From assembly GCA_900766575.1 (NCBI GenBank), contig CAAFVW010000116.1:4438-68437 (forward strand): a DNA stretch of 64,000 bases, in the 5' to 3' direction. Below are positions 20,343-30,178 of this stretch, piece after piece. This DNA comes from Lachnospiraceae bacterium. Its GTDB lineage: Bacteria; Bacillota; Clostridia; Lachnospirales; Lachnospiraceae. The notes under the pieces are model-generated. The model was not told the DNA's origin. It made no database searches and saw only the letters and a list, made by a program, of their open reading frames with translations. Both the position numbers and the translations under genes were made by a program. How positions within the stretch are numbered: the stretch's first letter is position 1; each line of letters begins with the position of its first letter.

Positions 20343-20719
20343 CCAGACAATCCCTCCTTAATCCTATCTTCCAGGTCACGGATGCCTTTTTCTTCGGCAA
20401 CGGCGATATGTGGCCTTGCGGCAACCCGACCACCGCCACGCTTGGCATGACCGTGTTCCAGCAGATGGGCAATCTGATAGCGATTGGCAGAATGAACGGT
20501 CATCTCCAGCTTAGTGGAGGTTTCCGTATGCTTTGATGCCCGCCAACTCTTGCTGTAGGCCCCGGTGTCTTTCGGAGCATGGGTTTCGATTTCATCTTTT
20601 ACGGTCTTGGCAGAGTGCCGCACGGCTTTCTTCATCGTGTCAGTAGCAAGGTCTGCATATTCCTCCAGACCTTCCACGATAGCATCTGCCAGACCGTCAA
20701 CAGGCACATTCTTACCCAT
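20339..20719 (-). CDS. HK97 gp10-like protein
   Basis: APKDTG, AHLLEHGH and ARPHI motifs. Confidence 0.88.
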   Translation of the reverse strand: MGKNVPVDGLADAIVEGLEEYADLATDTMKKAVRHSAKTVKDEIETHAPKDTGAYSKSWRASKHTETSTKLEMTVHSANRYQIAHLLEHGHAKRGGGRVAARPHIAVAEEKGIRDLEDRIKEGLSG

Positions 20720-20723
20720 TCCA

Positions 20724-21068
20724 TCACCTCCGAACCTTGGTGGCAGTCAGCTTCAGCGTTTTGTGCCGGAACTGAAAATCATCCACAAGTGTAATGTTGT
20801 AAATACCGCCCTCGAACAGAATACGGTAATGATCGCTGTCCATATCCTTGAGTGCCGCACAATAACGCACCATGAAAGTATAGCTATCCGAAGCTACGGT
20901 CTGTCCTGCAACTTCCTGCTCCTGTCCGGCTGTCTTACCAGTGGCAAGATTCGCATAGGCATAACAGGAATAGCAATCTTTCCAGACCGCCGTATGATTG
21001 CCAATGGCATCCGTTTCTACGGTATTTTTCTGGATGGTGATGCGGGAACGCATCTTGGAAATCTCCAT
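20724..21068 (-). CDS. Head closure/head-tail adaptor
   Basis: RITIQK...DAIGN...FMVRY...YRILFEGGIYNI. Confidence 0.85.
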   Translation of the reverse strand: MEISKMRSRITIQKNTVETDAIGNHTAVWKDCYSCYAYANLATGKTAGQEQEVAGQTVASDSYTFMVRYCAALKDMDSDHYRILFEGGIYNITLVDDFQFRHKTLKLTATKVRR

Positions 21069-21340
21069 CAGAAGACCTCCTTCCGGCTACCACCTAACAA
21101 CCCCCGGAGCGTAAGTGCCAAATCGTGATAGTCTGCTTCTTCTCGGTGTTCGTAGATATAGGCGGCTGCATATAGGATTGCTACATCACCAAGAGCAGAG
21201 TTATTCAGTACGGCAATATCTGATGTCATCAGTACATCCAGGCACAGCTTTTTTGCGGCGGTTAAGATGCTCTCTATCAGCTTGTCATCGTCATTGTAAT
21301 CAACCCGGAGGTATTGTTTCGCATCCTTCAATGAAACCAC
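21068..21340 (-). CDS. Head-tail connector (gp6-like)
   Basis: SLKDAKQYLRVD...DDKLI...YEHRE. Confidence 0.88.
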   Translation of the reverse strand: MVSLKDAKQYLRVDYNDDDKLIESILTAAKKLCLDVLMTSDIAVLNNSALGDVAILYAAAYIYEHREEADYHDLALTLRGLLGGSRKEVF

Positions 21341-21399
21341 ATAAATCACCGCCTCTCCATAAATGTAGGGGTGATGCCACAAGACACCACCCCAGGGGA

Positions 21400-22575
21400 T
21401 TATTTTTCAGACAGCTTCATGACCTGCACAGCTTCCGGCAGGATCAGCTTACCGTCCACACGCTCCTTAGCAACAAAGCCAATCATACCGTTGCCAGCGA
21501 ACAGCTCATTGAGCTGTTTGAAGGAACGGGTGCCACGGTCACCGATGTTGTAATACTTGTAATCACCAAAGGCGATGGCATCGGTCGGGGCATAGGCAGA
21601 GGTGCGGACGCTGTAGCCGAGCAGACGGTCAGGCTCACCCTGCTGATAAGACGGCTGCCAGATATACGCACCGTTGTTGTCCTTCAGCTTGCGGAGCTGG
21701 GCAAGGGTTGCATCGTTCATGATGAAGGATGCGTTCTTGCGGTAAGGACGCTTCAGACCGTAGGCAAAGTCGAGCATATCATCGGACTTGATAGTTGCGG
21801 TCAGAGTCTTGAACAGATGACCGCCCTTGTTCGCATCAAAGATACCAGTCGGCTTGCCAGTACCGTCACCGTTGAGGAATGCATCCTCTTCCGCATTGGC
21901 CAGAGCCTTGCCGAACTCGGTGATGATATAGCTTTCCAGATTGAAAGCATTGTCGTAGAGCAGTTCCTCCGTAACCTTGATGGCAACGTGCAGCTTGAAC
22001 GCATCCAAGAAGGTCTGGTCGAAGGTGGCATCACCGAAGGTCAGCGCACCGCCCTCCTCGATCCATGCAGCAGCAGGCTTTGTGGCGGCAATGTTGATCT
22101 TGTGCTGGCCGGAGGTGGTGATGTGGGTTGCAAGACCACGCATGATGTTCTCCTCGTTCAGCACATCAATCAGACGGCGGTCATACTCTTCGGGAACCAG
22201 ATAACCACCATCTGCATCCACGCCTTCCTGCAGAAGGTTGGACACCTGGCGGAAGTTGGTACGCATAGCGGTGAGCATGGCCTGTTTGTAGGCATCGGAC
22301 GCACGACCCTTCTTCTCTTCACCAGCAGGTGTAGCAGTATAGGGCTTGCCAGTGATGGGGCTATTGACGGGCTTCGCCAGTTCAGCCTCACGCTGCTCAA
22401 TACGCTGGGCGCGGTTGATGGCTTCGGTCAGAGAATCGAACTCTGCCTCCATGTTCTGATAGGTGGTGTGATCCTCTGCGGACAGCTTGCCCTGCTTATC
22501 CTCGTGGGTGTCCAGAAACTGACGCATCTGGCCCAGCAGGTCAGCACGGTTTTTCAGCATTTCAGAAATAGTCAT
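21400..22575 (-). CDS. Major capsid protein (HK97 fold)
   Basis: GGYLVPEE, FLNGDGTGKPTGI, LRKLKDNNGAYIWQP and FGDYKYY. Confidence 0.96.
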   Translation of the reverse strand: MTISEMLKNRADLLGQMRQFLDTHEDKQGKLSAEDHTTYQNMEAEFDSLTEAINRAQRIEQREAELAKPVNSPITGKPYTATPAGEEKKGRASDAYKQAMLTAMRTNFRQVSNLLQEGVDADGGYLVPEEYDRRLIDVLNEENIMRGLATHITTSGQHKINIAATKPAAAWIEEGGALTFGDATFDQTFLDAFKLHVAIKVTEELLYDNAFNLESYIITEFGKALANAEEDAFLNGDGTGKPTGIFDANKGGHLFKTLTATIKSDDMLDFAYGLKRPYRKNASFIMNDATLAQLRKLKDNNGAYIWQPSYQQGEPDRLLGYSVRTSAYAPTDAIAFGDYKYYNIGDRGTRSFKQLNELFAGNGMIGFVAKERVDGKLILPEAVQVMKLSEK

Positions 22576-22588
22576 TTGAATACCTCCA

Positions 22589-23380
22589 TTAAATCATTTT
22601 TTCGTAAACAGTAAGACGCTCCCGCAGGTCGGTGGTAGATACACCAGTGCCTTCGGGAGCGTCTTTCGGCGCAGGAATGTGTGCTTGTTCAGCGGCAGTT
22701 CTGGGCTTGCCATACTTTGCAGCCAGCTTGTTCATTAGAGCGTTTTCCACGCTCTTACTGGAAAACTGGACGGATGCAACCGGGGCTTCCACGGCTTTGG
22801 CATCCGGGGAATCCGTATCGTTCTGACCCAAGATTCCATCTGCCAGTCCAAGCTCCACGGCTTTATTGGCGTTCATCCAAGTTTCCGCATCCATGAGGTG
22901 GGACAGCTTGGCACGGGACTGACCACTTTTGATAACATAGGCGTTGAGGATGGACTCCTTCACCTCGTCCAGCATGGCAATGGCCTGCTCCATAGCGGTG
23001 TAGTCACCCCATGCACCCGTTGCCGGATTGTGAATCATCATCATGGATACCGGGGACATGAGAACCGAGTCACCAGCCATTGCCACAACGGATGCAGCAG
23101 ATGCCGCCATGCCATCGATCTTCACCGTTACCTTGCCCGGATACTCCTTGAGCATGGTGTAGATCTGTGCGGCGGCAATGCAGTCACCGCCTGGGCTGTT
23201 GATCCAGACGGTCACATCACCCGTGCCAGCCATTAGATCATCTTTGAAAAGCTGGGGCGTGACATCATCATCAAACCAACTTTCCTCTGCGATGGTTCCG
23301 TTCAGAGTCAGAATCCTCTGTGCCGGAGTCGTTTCCGTCTGTTCCTGGTTCGTCCAGTTCCAGAACTTCTTCGTTTTCAT
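22589..23380 (-). CDS. Head maturation protease, ClpP-like
   Basis: INSPGGD, IDGMAASAASV, MMIHNP and ETWM. Confidence 0.94.
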   Translation of the reverse strand: MKTKKFWNWTNQEQTETTPAQRILTLNGTIAEESWFDDDVTPQLFKDDLMAGTGDVTVWINSPGGDCIAAAQIYTMLKEYPGKVTVKIDGMAASAASVVAMAGDSVLMSPVSMMMIHNPATGAWGDYTAMEQAIAMLDEVKESILNAYVIKSGQSRAKLSHLMDAETWMNANKAVELGLADGILGQNDTDSPDAKAVEAPVASVQFSSKSVENALMNKLAAKYGKPRTAAEQAHIPAPKDAPEGTGVSTTDLRERLTVYEKMI

Positions 23381-24629
23381 CGGAATTTTCCTCCTTTCCG
23401 TTCGCTGCGAAGATACCCGCATCCTCCAGCTTGGTCATGTTGCCATTGATAAGGTACAGATCACCACCGAGTTCGGCGGGGATGCGGTCGAGATTTTCAA
23501 GTTCACGGATGTCGTTTGCAGACATCCAGCCGTTCTGTCGACCGATGGCGTAGCCGTTCATACGGCTCTGGTAATCGCCACGGAGCAGACCATCCACATT
23601 GAACTTGATAAAGTAGGTGGACTTCTCTTCTGCAGTCAACAGAGAACGCATCATGTTCTGCTCCCATCGGGAAACCCAGGGGTCCAGTGTGTATTTCACG
23701 AACTCCAGCGACTGTTGCTCAATATTAGAAAAGCTCGACTTTTCCAGGTCACCGACCATGTGTGGCGGCACTCGGAAAATTCGAGCTATCTCATTGATTT
23801 GAAATTTTCGGGTTTCGAGGAACTGCGCCTCGTTAGGCGAGATGGAGATAGGCGTGTATTTCATGCCTTCCTCCAGCACCGCCACCTTGTTAGAATTGGC
23901 ACTGCCGCCGAAAGTCGCATTCCAGCTCTCTCGTACCTTGCCAGGGTCTTTCAGCACACCCGGATGTTCCAACACACCGCTTGGGGCAGCACCATTAGCG
24001 TAGAACTTACTGCCATATTCCTCTGCAGCGATGGCAAGACCGATAGCGTTCTTCGCCATTGCAATCGGGCTGTATCCAACCAGACCATCAAACCCCAGAC
24101 CAGGAATGTGAAGGACATCCTTTGGCTGAAGAACGACTGTGTTGCCTTTCATGGTATGGGCATCATCGGAACTGAGCTGGTACTCATAGTAGAGCTTACC
24201 GTTCTCATCTCGGTCAACCGTCATTCGGTCAGGCATCAGCGGGTATAGACCGATGATCTCATTCTTGCCGTTGCGGATGATCTGGGCGTAGGCATTACCC
24301 CAGAGGAGCAAGTGTGTCATGAGCGTTTCCCTGAACGCAAAGGATGTCATTTCCGGGTTCGGCTCATCATGGAGTAAAAAATACAGCGGATGGTCAAGCG
24401 CTTTCTCTTTGCCACCGCTGTCGTTATATCTGTAGATATGGACAGGCAGGCTTGCTACTGCTTCCGATAAAATTCGTACACAGGAATACACCGCTGTCAT
24501 TTGCATGGCAGAGCGTTCATTCACACGCTTGCCAGAAGTTGCTGTTCCCAGAAAGAAGCTGTATGCGCTTCCACTGGTTCGGTTTGTGGGGCCAGCCCTG
24601 GAACGGAACAGACCACTGAGGATACCCAT
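23271..24629 (-). CDS. Portal protein (HK97 family)
   Basis: AVYSCVRILSE, LLWGNAYA, LETRKFQINEIARIFRVPPH. Confidence 0.96.
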   Translation of the reverse strand: MGILSGLFRSRAGPTNRTSGSAYSFFLGTATSGKRVNERSAMQMTAVYSCVRILSEAVASLPVHIYRYNDSGGKEKALDHPLYFLLHDEPNPEMTSFAFRETLMTHLLLWGNAYAQIIRNGKNEIIGLYPLMPDRMTVDRDENGKLYYEYQLSSDDAHTMKGNTVVLQPKDVLHIPGLGFDGLVGYSPIAMAKNAIGLAIAAEEYGSKFYANGAAPSGVLEHPGVLKDPGKVRESWNATFGGSANSNKVAVLEEGMKYTPISISPNEAQFLETRKFQINEIARIFRVPPHMVGDLEKSSFSNIEQQSLEFVKYTLDPWVSRWEQNMMRSLLTAEEKSTYFIKFNVDGLLRGDYQSRMNGYAIGRQNGWMSANDIRELENLDRIPAELGGDLYLINGNMTKLEDAGIFAANGKEENSDENEEVLELDEPGTDGNDSGTEDSDSERNHRRGKLV

Positions 24630-24785
24630 ATCAATCCCTCCTTAATCACATTTGATGATGCACCGTCATAAGCAGTGTATAACCGTGATCGGTTATGCAG
24701 CCGCTATATGATTTTTCGGCGGTTAAATACATACTGCAAAGTTTCTGATACAATGAAATCAAACGATAAATCGGAGGATTTCAAG

Positions 24786-25142
24786 ATGAAAAACTTTGAA
24801 GATATGGACAATAAAGAATTTGCCTTCACTTGCCTAGACGAGCTGAAAAAGGCAGGAAAACTAAACACGGCAACACTTGCTACCATGACCAATCCAAGCG
24901 TGTGCCACGACCTATTCCACAGCAGTCATTTTCCCGTACTGCTGGAAGCCCCAAACGAATGCTCGAATGAAGAATTGCGGTCGCTTTGCCATGTAGGAAA
25001 CAAGCGGCGTTACTACCAGAACCGCATCACCGCAGAGGGGCGAACTTTCGTGGTAACAAACCACTGGTATGGTCCTGGGCGTTCCATGCCGGATAACCGC
25101 ACTCCATTTCTGGAATGGGTATTGGCACTCACTAAAAACTGA
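24786..25142 (+). CDS. Hypothetical moron, antisense to packaging genes
   Basis: GGAGG RBS, 118 aa, between portal and terminase on the opposite strand. Confidence 0.7.
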   Translation: MKNFEDMDNKEFAFTCLDELKKAGKLNTATLATMTNPSVCHDLFHSSHFPVLLEAPNECSNEELRSLCHVGNKRRYYQNRITAEGRTFVVTNHWYGPGRSMPDNRTPFLEWVLALTKN

Positions 25143-26727
25143 TGATGCCGCGCTCGTCATAAACACTGCCGGAAGTGCCACCGTTTCGGATACAACGGTC
25201 AAGCCCCATGATGAGGGCAACGATACCATCGATCTTTTCCACAGAGCGTTCCTTGTCCGGCTTGATGTTACCCGCCGGGTCCTGACGCATGACCACATTC
25301 TGTGCCATCCATTTCAGAACAGGATTGCCGCCGTGAACGATGTTTCCTTCCATCAACAGCTTGTACAGCTCCTTGGACGGCGGGGACATATCCTTAAAGC
25401 CCTGCCCGAAAGGAACCATCAGAAAGCCTTCGTCCTCAAGGTTCTGCACCATCTGGGTCGCATTCCATCGGTCATAGGCAATCTCCTTGATGTGGTAGTG
25501 TGTACCCAGATCCATGATGAACTGCTCGATGAATCCATAGTGGATCACATTGCCCTCGGTAGTGTTGATGTACCCTTGGCGTTTCCAGACATCGTACAGC
25601 ACATGGTCACGCCGACAGCGAAGCTCCAGCGTTTCCTCCGGCAACCAGAAAAACGGAAGAACGATATACTTCTCATCCTCTGACCGAGGAGGAAAGACCA
25701 GAACAAAAGCGGTAATATCCGAGGTGCTGGAAAGGTCAAGTCCAGCATAGCAGTCACGCCCCTCCAGAGCCTCCACATCAATAGGTAGCTTTCCACGGTC
25801 GTAAATATGCTCTGGAATCCAGACCACCGTGGAGTTCGTCCACATATTCAAGCGGAGCTGTTTGAACACATTCTCTTCTGCAGGATTTTCCAGAGCGTTC
25901 TTGTAGGCTTCCCGTACTCGTTCCACTGAAATGGTGTGTCCGAGGGAAGGGTTGGCCTTATACCAGTTCGCTTCATCATTCCAGTCATCGCCCTCTGCCA
26001 AGCCATACACGACCGGATAGAAGGTGGAATCCTTCTTACGACCGTTCTTGATGTCCAGGGCTTTGGTGTGTAATTCATAACAGATGCTCTGCTTATCCGT
26101 ACCGGCCGTGGTAATGATAAAGAACAACGGCTGCTCACGAGCATCGCCGGAACCTTTGGTAAGGACATCGTAGAGCTTACGGTTCGGCTGTGCGTGTATC
26201 TCATCAAATACCAGACCCGACACATTCAGACCATGCTTGGTACCTGTTTCAGCAGAAAGCACCTGGTAAAATCCAGCGTTGCTGTAGTTGACGATACGCT
26301 TGGTGGCGGCGGTGATCTTAGACCGCTTCATCAGTGCTGGGGACATCTGAACCATCTGCTTTGCCACATCGAAAACGATGGATGCCTGGTTTCGGTCACA
26401 CGCAGCACCGTAGACTTCAGCACTTGCTTCTCCATCTGCATATAGCAGATAAAGGGCAATCGCCGCAGCCAGCTCGGACTTGCCCTGTTTCTTCGGAATT
26501 TCGACATAGGCGGTAAGGAATTGCCGCTTGCCATCCGCGCGGACAATGCCGAAAATATCCCGGACGATCTGCTCCTGCCAGGGAAGGAGCAAGAACTTCT
26601 GCCCAGCCCACTTGCCCTTGGTGTGGCAGAGGTTCTGGATGAAGGTCACGGCTCGGTCGGCTTTCTTTTTATCATAATGAGAAGTCGGGAGCATGAATGG
26701 GGAAGGTGTGTATTGGAACGCCATCAC
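25132..26727 (-). CDS. Terminase large subunit
   Basis: EIPKKQGKS Walker A, VFDEIH, GLDLSS and KIDG. Confidence 0.96.
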   Translation of the reverse strand: MMAFQYTPSPFMLPTSHYDKKKADRAVTFIQNLCHTKGKWAGQKFLLLPWQEQIVRDIFGIVRADGKRQFLTAYVEIPKKQGKSELAAAIALYLLYADGEASAEVYGAACDRNQASIVFDVAKQMVQMSPALMKRSKITAATKRIVNYSNAGFYQVLSAETGTKHGLNVSGLVFDEIHAQPNRKLYDVLTKGSGDAREQPLFFIITTAGTDKQSICYELHTKALDIKNGRKKDSTFYPVVYGLAEGDDWNDEANWYKANPSLGHTISVERVREAYKNALENPAEENVFKQLRLNMWTNSTVVWIPEHIYDRGKLPIDVEALEGRDCYAGLDLSSTSDITAFVLVFPPRSEDEKYIVLPFFWLPEETLELRCRRDHVLYDVWKRQGYINTTEGNVIHYGFIEQFIMDLGTHYHIKEIAYDRWNATQMVQNLEDEGFLMVPFGQGFKDMSPPSKELYKLLMEGNIVHGGNPVLKWMAQNVVMRQDPAGNIKPDKERSVEKIDGIVALIMGLDRCIRNGGTSGSVYDERGIISF

Positions 26728-27197
26728 GAATCACCTCCCAGCAGAGCTTCCATCTCATCGGTAGGATCGGTGTTACCCTCACCGCCAACGATACGGCTCC
26801 GGGCAGAGGGTGTCAGACCAAACTGCTCACAGAACTTCAGCATTATTTTCATATTTGTCTGGGCGATGGACACCTGCGGTACCTGTTGGAGGTAGCCGTT
26901 GGGAGTACGCACCATCGTACCGTGCTGGCTGATGAACTCCTCCGCTTCCTTCCAACGGGCGTATGCCTGACAGTATCCGGCAAACGCCGCCATATCCATT
27001 TCAGTCAGCAGACCCATCTGCTCCAGCGTTTTGCCCATACGCTTCCATTCCTTCTTGGCTTCATCTTCCAGCCAGGACGGGCAACGAGGGGCTTTCTTTG
27101 CGGGCTTCGGCTCATTGGGATTGAGCGGTCTGCCGCCAGGATTGCCCTCTAGCACCTTCAGTGCGGTCGGCTTTGGTTTTCTTCCTCTCTGTGCCAT
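26724..27197 (-). CDS. Terminase small subunit (P27 family)
   Basis: GRKPKPTALKVLEGNPG...FGLTPSARSRI. Confidence 0.93.
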   Translation of the reverse strand: MAQRGRKPKPTALKVLEGNPGGRPLNPNEPKPAKKAPRCPSWLEDEAKKEWKRMGKTLEQMGLLTEMDMAAFAGYCQAYARWKEAEEFISQHGTMVRTPNGYLQQVPQVSIAQTNMKIMLKFCEQFGLTPSARSRIVGGEGNTDPTDEMEALLGGDS

Positions 27198-27305
27198 CGG
27201 CTCCACCTCCTTTCGCAAAAATGGCAACAAAAAAAGACCCATTTCAGAGTCCCGTAAATATCCGTATACGAGAAACAGACCCTTTCGGGTGCTGTTCTCT
27301 GCTGT

Positions 27306-27545
27306 TTAGTTGTACTCTTTCAGCAGGATCGCAAGGGCGGTCTGGGTGGTTTCATCTTCCGGCTCGATGTCCCAGCCCCTGTCGTAGTTGGCGGTAATCT
27401 TGCCGTTGATGCGAATCTCCAGCTTGGAAATCCGTCCCTCATCGATGCCCCACTCGCTACCTTCTTCGTAGTGCTTGACCCAATACTTGCAAGCGATGTA
27501 ACTGCCGTCCTTCTGGGGTACTCCAATCGTTCCTTTACTCCACAT
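27306..27545 (-). CDS. Small conserved phage hypothetical protein
   Basis: GGAGG RBS; GIDEGRISKL...NYDRGWD. Confidence 0.75.
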   Translation of the reverse strand: MWSKGTIGVPQKDGSYIACKYWVKHYEEGSEWGIDEGRISKLEIRINGKITANYDRGWDIEPEDETTQTALAILLKEYN

Positions 27546-27581
27546 AATGCTTTCCTCCGTTTTTCTGGTGTTTTCCCTTTC

Positions 27582-27619
27582 GGTAGTGGCATATTAACTC
27601 TAAAACACACATATATCCA
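27582..27619 (-). promoter_or_regulatory. 38-bp repeated promoter-like element
   Basis: TGGATA-N12-AGAG-N10-ACTACC. Confidence 0.65.
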
Positions 27620-27721
27620 GGAAATCCGGCATCATATAGTACACAAATATCAGCAAGAAAAATCGGGTAGATCGTACCCATAACGACCAAAAGAGCCAGT
27701 CGGTTCTTTGGTGCTGTCAGC

Positions 27722-28153
27722 TTAGTTTACGCTGAAAAGGTAGCCATGCAGCTTTTCATGTCCTCCCTTGAGGTAGTCCATGTTGCCGCTGATTTCAACC
27801 AGTCCCTCCAGCTTGCAGCCGTTCTGCTGGAAAAGCCATGCGGTATCAACCGCACTGCTCCAGCCGGAAGAAAAGGTGAATTTCTCAATACCGTACTTCC
27901 GCAGGGTGGTGACCAGCAGTTCCACATCCTTGTCCCAGACAACATCGTTGATGTCCAGGAGTTCGTTGCCATTCTCTCTGGCTTTGTCGTACTCTCGCCA
28001 GATGCGAGGTGCGGCACCGCCAAGGCTGGCAATGCGTTCCATAAGGGCTTTGTGTTCGGCTCGGATGCTATCCTTGCCAGCATCATCAGCGGCATCATAC
28101 TGCTTTTTCAGCTCGGTTTCCTGCTGGTAGATTTCTTCAAAAATGTTCTTCAT
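27722..28153 (-). CDS. Phage hypothetical protein
   Basis: GGAGG RBS, MKNIFEE start, FTFSSGWSS. Confidence 0.75.
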   Translation of the reverse strand: MKNIFEEIYQQETELKKQYDAADDAGKDSIRAEHKALMERIASLGGAAPRIWREYDKARENGNELLDINDVVWDKDVELLVTTLRKYGIEKFTFSSGWSSAVDTAWLFQQNGCKLEGLVEISGNMDYLKGGHEKLHGYLFSVN

Positions 28154-28188
28154 GGTGGTATCCTCCGTTTTGTGTGTTTTTTCCTTTC

Positions 28189-28289
28189 GGTAGTAGCATA
28201 TTACCTCTGAAACACACATATATCCAGGAATATCGGAGCCATAATGTATACAAACATTCAAGCAGAAATCTGTGTATATTATGGCTCCG
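28189..28289 (-). promoter_or_regulatory. 38-bp repeated element plus upstream 19-bp inverted repeat
   Basis: TGGATA-N12-AGAG-N10-ACTACC at 28189-28226; inverted arms 28234-28252 and 28271-28289 (17/19 match). Confidence 0.65.
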
Positions 28290-28295
28290 TAGCTC

Positions 28296-28517
28296 CTAGA
28301 TTTTCTGGCAACGGTCGATGCCATGCAGGACATTCAGACTGCCGCCGTTGTCCCAAGCCACCATGATGGAGCCGGTATCATCGACCCCTGTCACTGTGCC
28401 GCAGGTGCCGATGGGTGGGGCCTGTTGATCGTCCATTTCCAGAAGCCGGACACGGCATCCCACAGGGTAGCGGTTGCGAAGCTCTGCCAACTGCTCAGTG
28501 GTTATAAATCGCATCAT
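28296..28517 (-). CDS. DUF4314-like small protein
   Basis: YPVGCRVRLLEMDD...GTVTGVDDTGSIMVAWDNG. Confidence 0.8.
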   Translation of the reverse strand: MMRFITTEQLAELRNRYPVGCRVRLLEMDDQQAPPIGTCGTVTGVDDTGSIMVAWDNGGSLNVLHGIDRCQKI

Positions 28518-29010
28518 ACCTATCCGCCCCCTTCATGAATTTGTTCGCCTGCCACGCATCAGTGCTGTCTGCTACTGCCTGTTTGAGAATTTGGTCATCA
28601 TAGCCGAAACGATGATAACCTTCCAGGCAGATGTCGAAGTAATGCTGCCGAGGACACCCCAGCTTGCGCTTGCCCTGCATAATGTAAATGAGGGCATCGA
28701 CCGTGGCAATTTTCTCGCCATCGACAAGAGAATGCATCTCAACCGTGATTGTCTTTTTTTCATAGAAATCGGGATACCCCTCGTAGCGGTCAAGCCAGGA
28801 TTCATCCCGTTCGCTGATCTTCCAGACCAGCAAGGGAACCGTATATCCCTTTTTCGGCTCTACCGTGAGGTAGTTTCCACTCTGGCTTCCTTTGAACAGA
28901 AGCCGGTAGTCAGTCAGCACTGCAGTTCCAACATAGACAGCATCGGGGCAACGCTGGGCCATTTGTGCCACTGACAGGTTGCTGCCGTAGGCTAAGTAAT
29001 ATTTGCTCAT
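28495..29010 (-). CDS. Gamma-glutamylcyclotransferase (AIG2-like)
   Basis: YLAYGSNL...RCP and LDRYEGYP. Confidence 0.9.
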   Translation of the reverse strand: MSKYYLAYGSNLSVAQMAQRCPDAVYVGTAVLTDYRLLFKGSQSGNYLTVEPKKGYTVPLLVWKISERDESWLDRYEGYPDFYEKKTITVEMHSLVDGEKIATVDALIYIMQGKRKLGCPRQHYFDICLEGYHRFGYDDQILKQAVADSTDAWQANKFMKGADRYDAIYNH

Positions 29011-29096
29011 TTCGTTTCCATCCTTTCTGAAGGGCTTACCCTCCTACCACCTTAAGACCGCCGAAGCGGTCAGAAGGGGGCCTGAGGCTAAGTCCT

Positions 29097-30041
29097 TCAA
29101 GCGGCGCGCCCGTGACGGAAAGCTGTGTCACCGTCCAGGTTGCGTGTCAGAATTTCTCTCGCCGTGGCAAATTCCTCGCCAATGAATCCCAGCCGGAGAA
29201 GCCAAGTCCGCATAGCGTATTTCGGATTCTCGACCTGCGGCTCTTTTGGGCTTGCACTTTTTACCGTCTTTGCCATCTGGCTCAGTGCAAGGCAAAGCTG
29301 GATGTAGCTTTTCATTTCTCCGGCGTGAAGCCCACCCCTGCGCTTGCCATCCGCATTGGCAAATTGGAAGCATCGGAATTCGATGGTACCGTGGGTGAAA
29401 CAAGCGTGGTAATTCAGCATTCTGTATCGGCTGTGGTTGTAATGGGCGTTTCGGTTTTCGTAGCGGTTGTTGGCGTACCAGATATCAGCCAAATCTTCCA
29501 TAGTCTTCGGCTTGCGACGGTTCAGCCTTCCAAGAAAATCTGGGTCAACCGTCCGGCAGTAGTTGCTGATACGGTTGCGGTCAAGCCGAAGGGCAGAAAT
29601 CAGAAGGCTCTCATGGCTTGCCATGATGTTTGCCAGATTCCGCAGGCTGTTCGGTGTGTGGTCATCCAGTCCAATGTGGATGTGGACTCCGCACATATGG
29701 GCTGGGTCGCTTTTTGCACCCTTGTACCGGAGCTGGCGGAGGATTTCCTGCAAGTCCTCGATGTCATCGTAGCGAAGGATGGGCGTTCCCATCTCGGTTC
29801 GCTCATCATCGTGCTGTGCCTGAATGCTGGAATCCCGTGTAATTTTCCAGGTGCGACCCTGGTTGTCTTTGCAGCTCCAAGCCTTGTAAGCTCCGCCAAG
29901 GTAGCGAACCGTGTCTTCGGTGTGGAAGTAGGTTGCGATGGTCTTGCAAGCCTGCTCCCGTGTGATGTTGTACATCTCCACCTCAACACCGATGGTCTGC
30001 TTTTTCATTTCTTCAATCTGGGTTCTGGTCTTTTCGTTCAT
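29097..30041 (-). CDS. Putative amidoligase (COOH-NH2 ligase family)
   Basis: IGVEVE, DSSI, EMGTPIL, CGVHIHI, RYRMLN and TIEFR. Confidence 0.9.
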   Translation of the reverse strand: MNEKTRTQIEEMKKQTIGVEVEMYNITREQACKTIATYFHTEDTVRYLGGAYKAWSCKDNQGRTWKITRDSSIQAQHDDERTEMGTPILRYDDIEDLQEILRQLRYKGAKSDPAHMCGVHIHIGLDDHTPNSLRNLANIMASHESLLISALRLDRNRISNYCRTVDPDFLGRLNRRKPKTMEDLADIWYANNRYENRNAHYNHSRYRMLNYHACFTHGTIEFRCFQFANADGKRRGGLHAGEMKSYIQLCLALSQMAKTVKSASPKEPQVENPKYAMRTWLLRLGFIGEEFATAREILTRNLDGDTAFRHGRAA

Positions 30042-30078
30042 AATATGTACCGTCCTTTGCGTGTTTGTTTTCCCTTTC

Positions 30079-30173
30079 GGTAGTCACATATTCGCTCTAT
30101 AAGCACATATTATCAAGTTAATAACGGGGCATAATGTACACAATCATTCAGAGCGAAAATTGTGTACATTATG
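30079..30173 (-). promoter_or_regulatory. 38-bp repeated element plus perfect 15-bp inverted repeat
   Basis: TTGATA-N12-AGAG-N10-ACTACC at 30079-30116; CATAATGTACACAAT / ATTGTGTACATTATG at 30130-30144 and 30159-30173. Confidence 0.65.
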
Positions 30174-30178
30174 GCGTT

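Noticed and set aside
21115..22614. Long plus-strand ORFs antisense to capsid, primase, MetK and recombinase genes
   Set aside because: Shadow frames of well-supported minus-strand genes with no recognisable motifs
23271..23380. 110-bp overlap between portal and protease
   Set aside because: Low-complexity acidic portal tail; both genes are intact and no special function is supported
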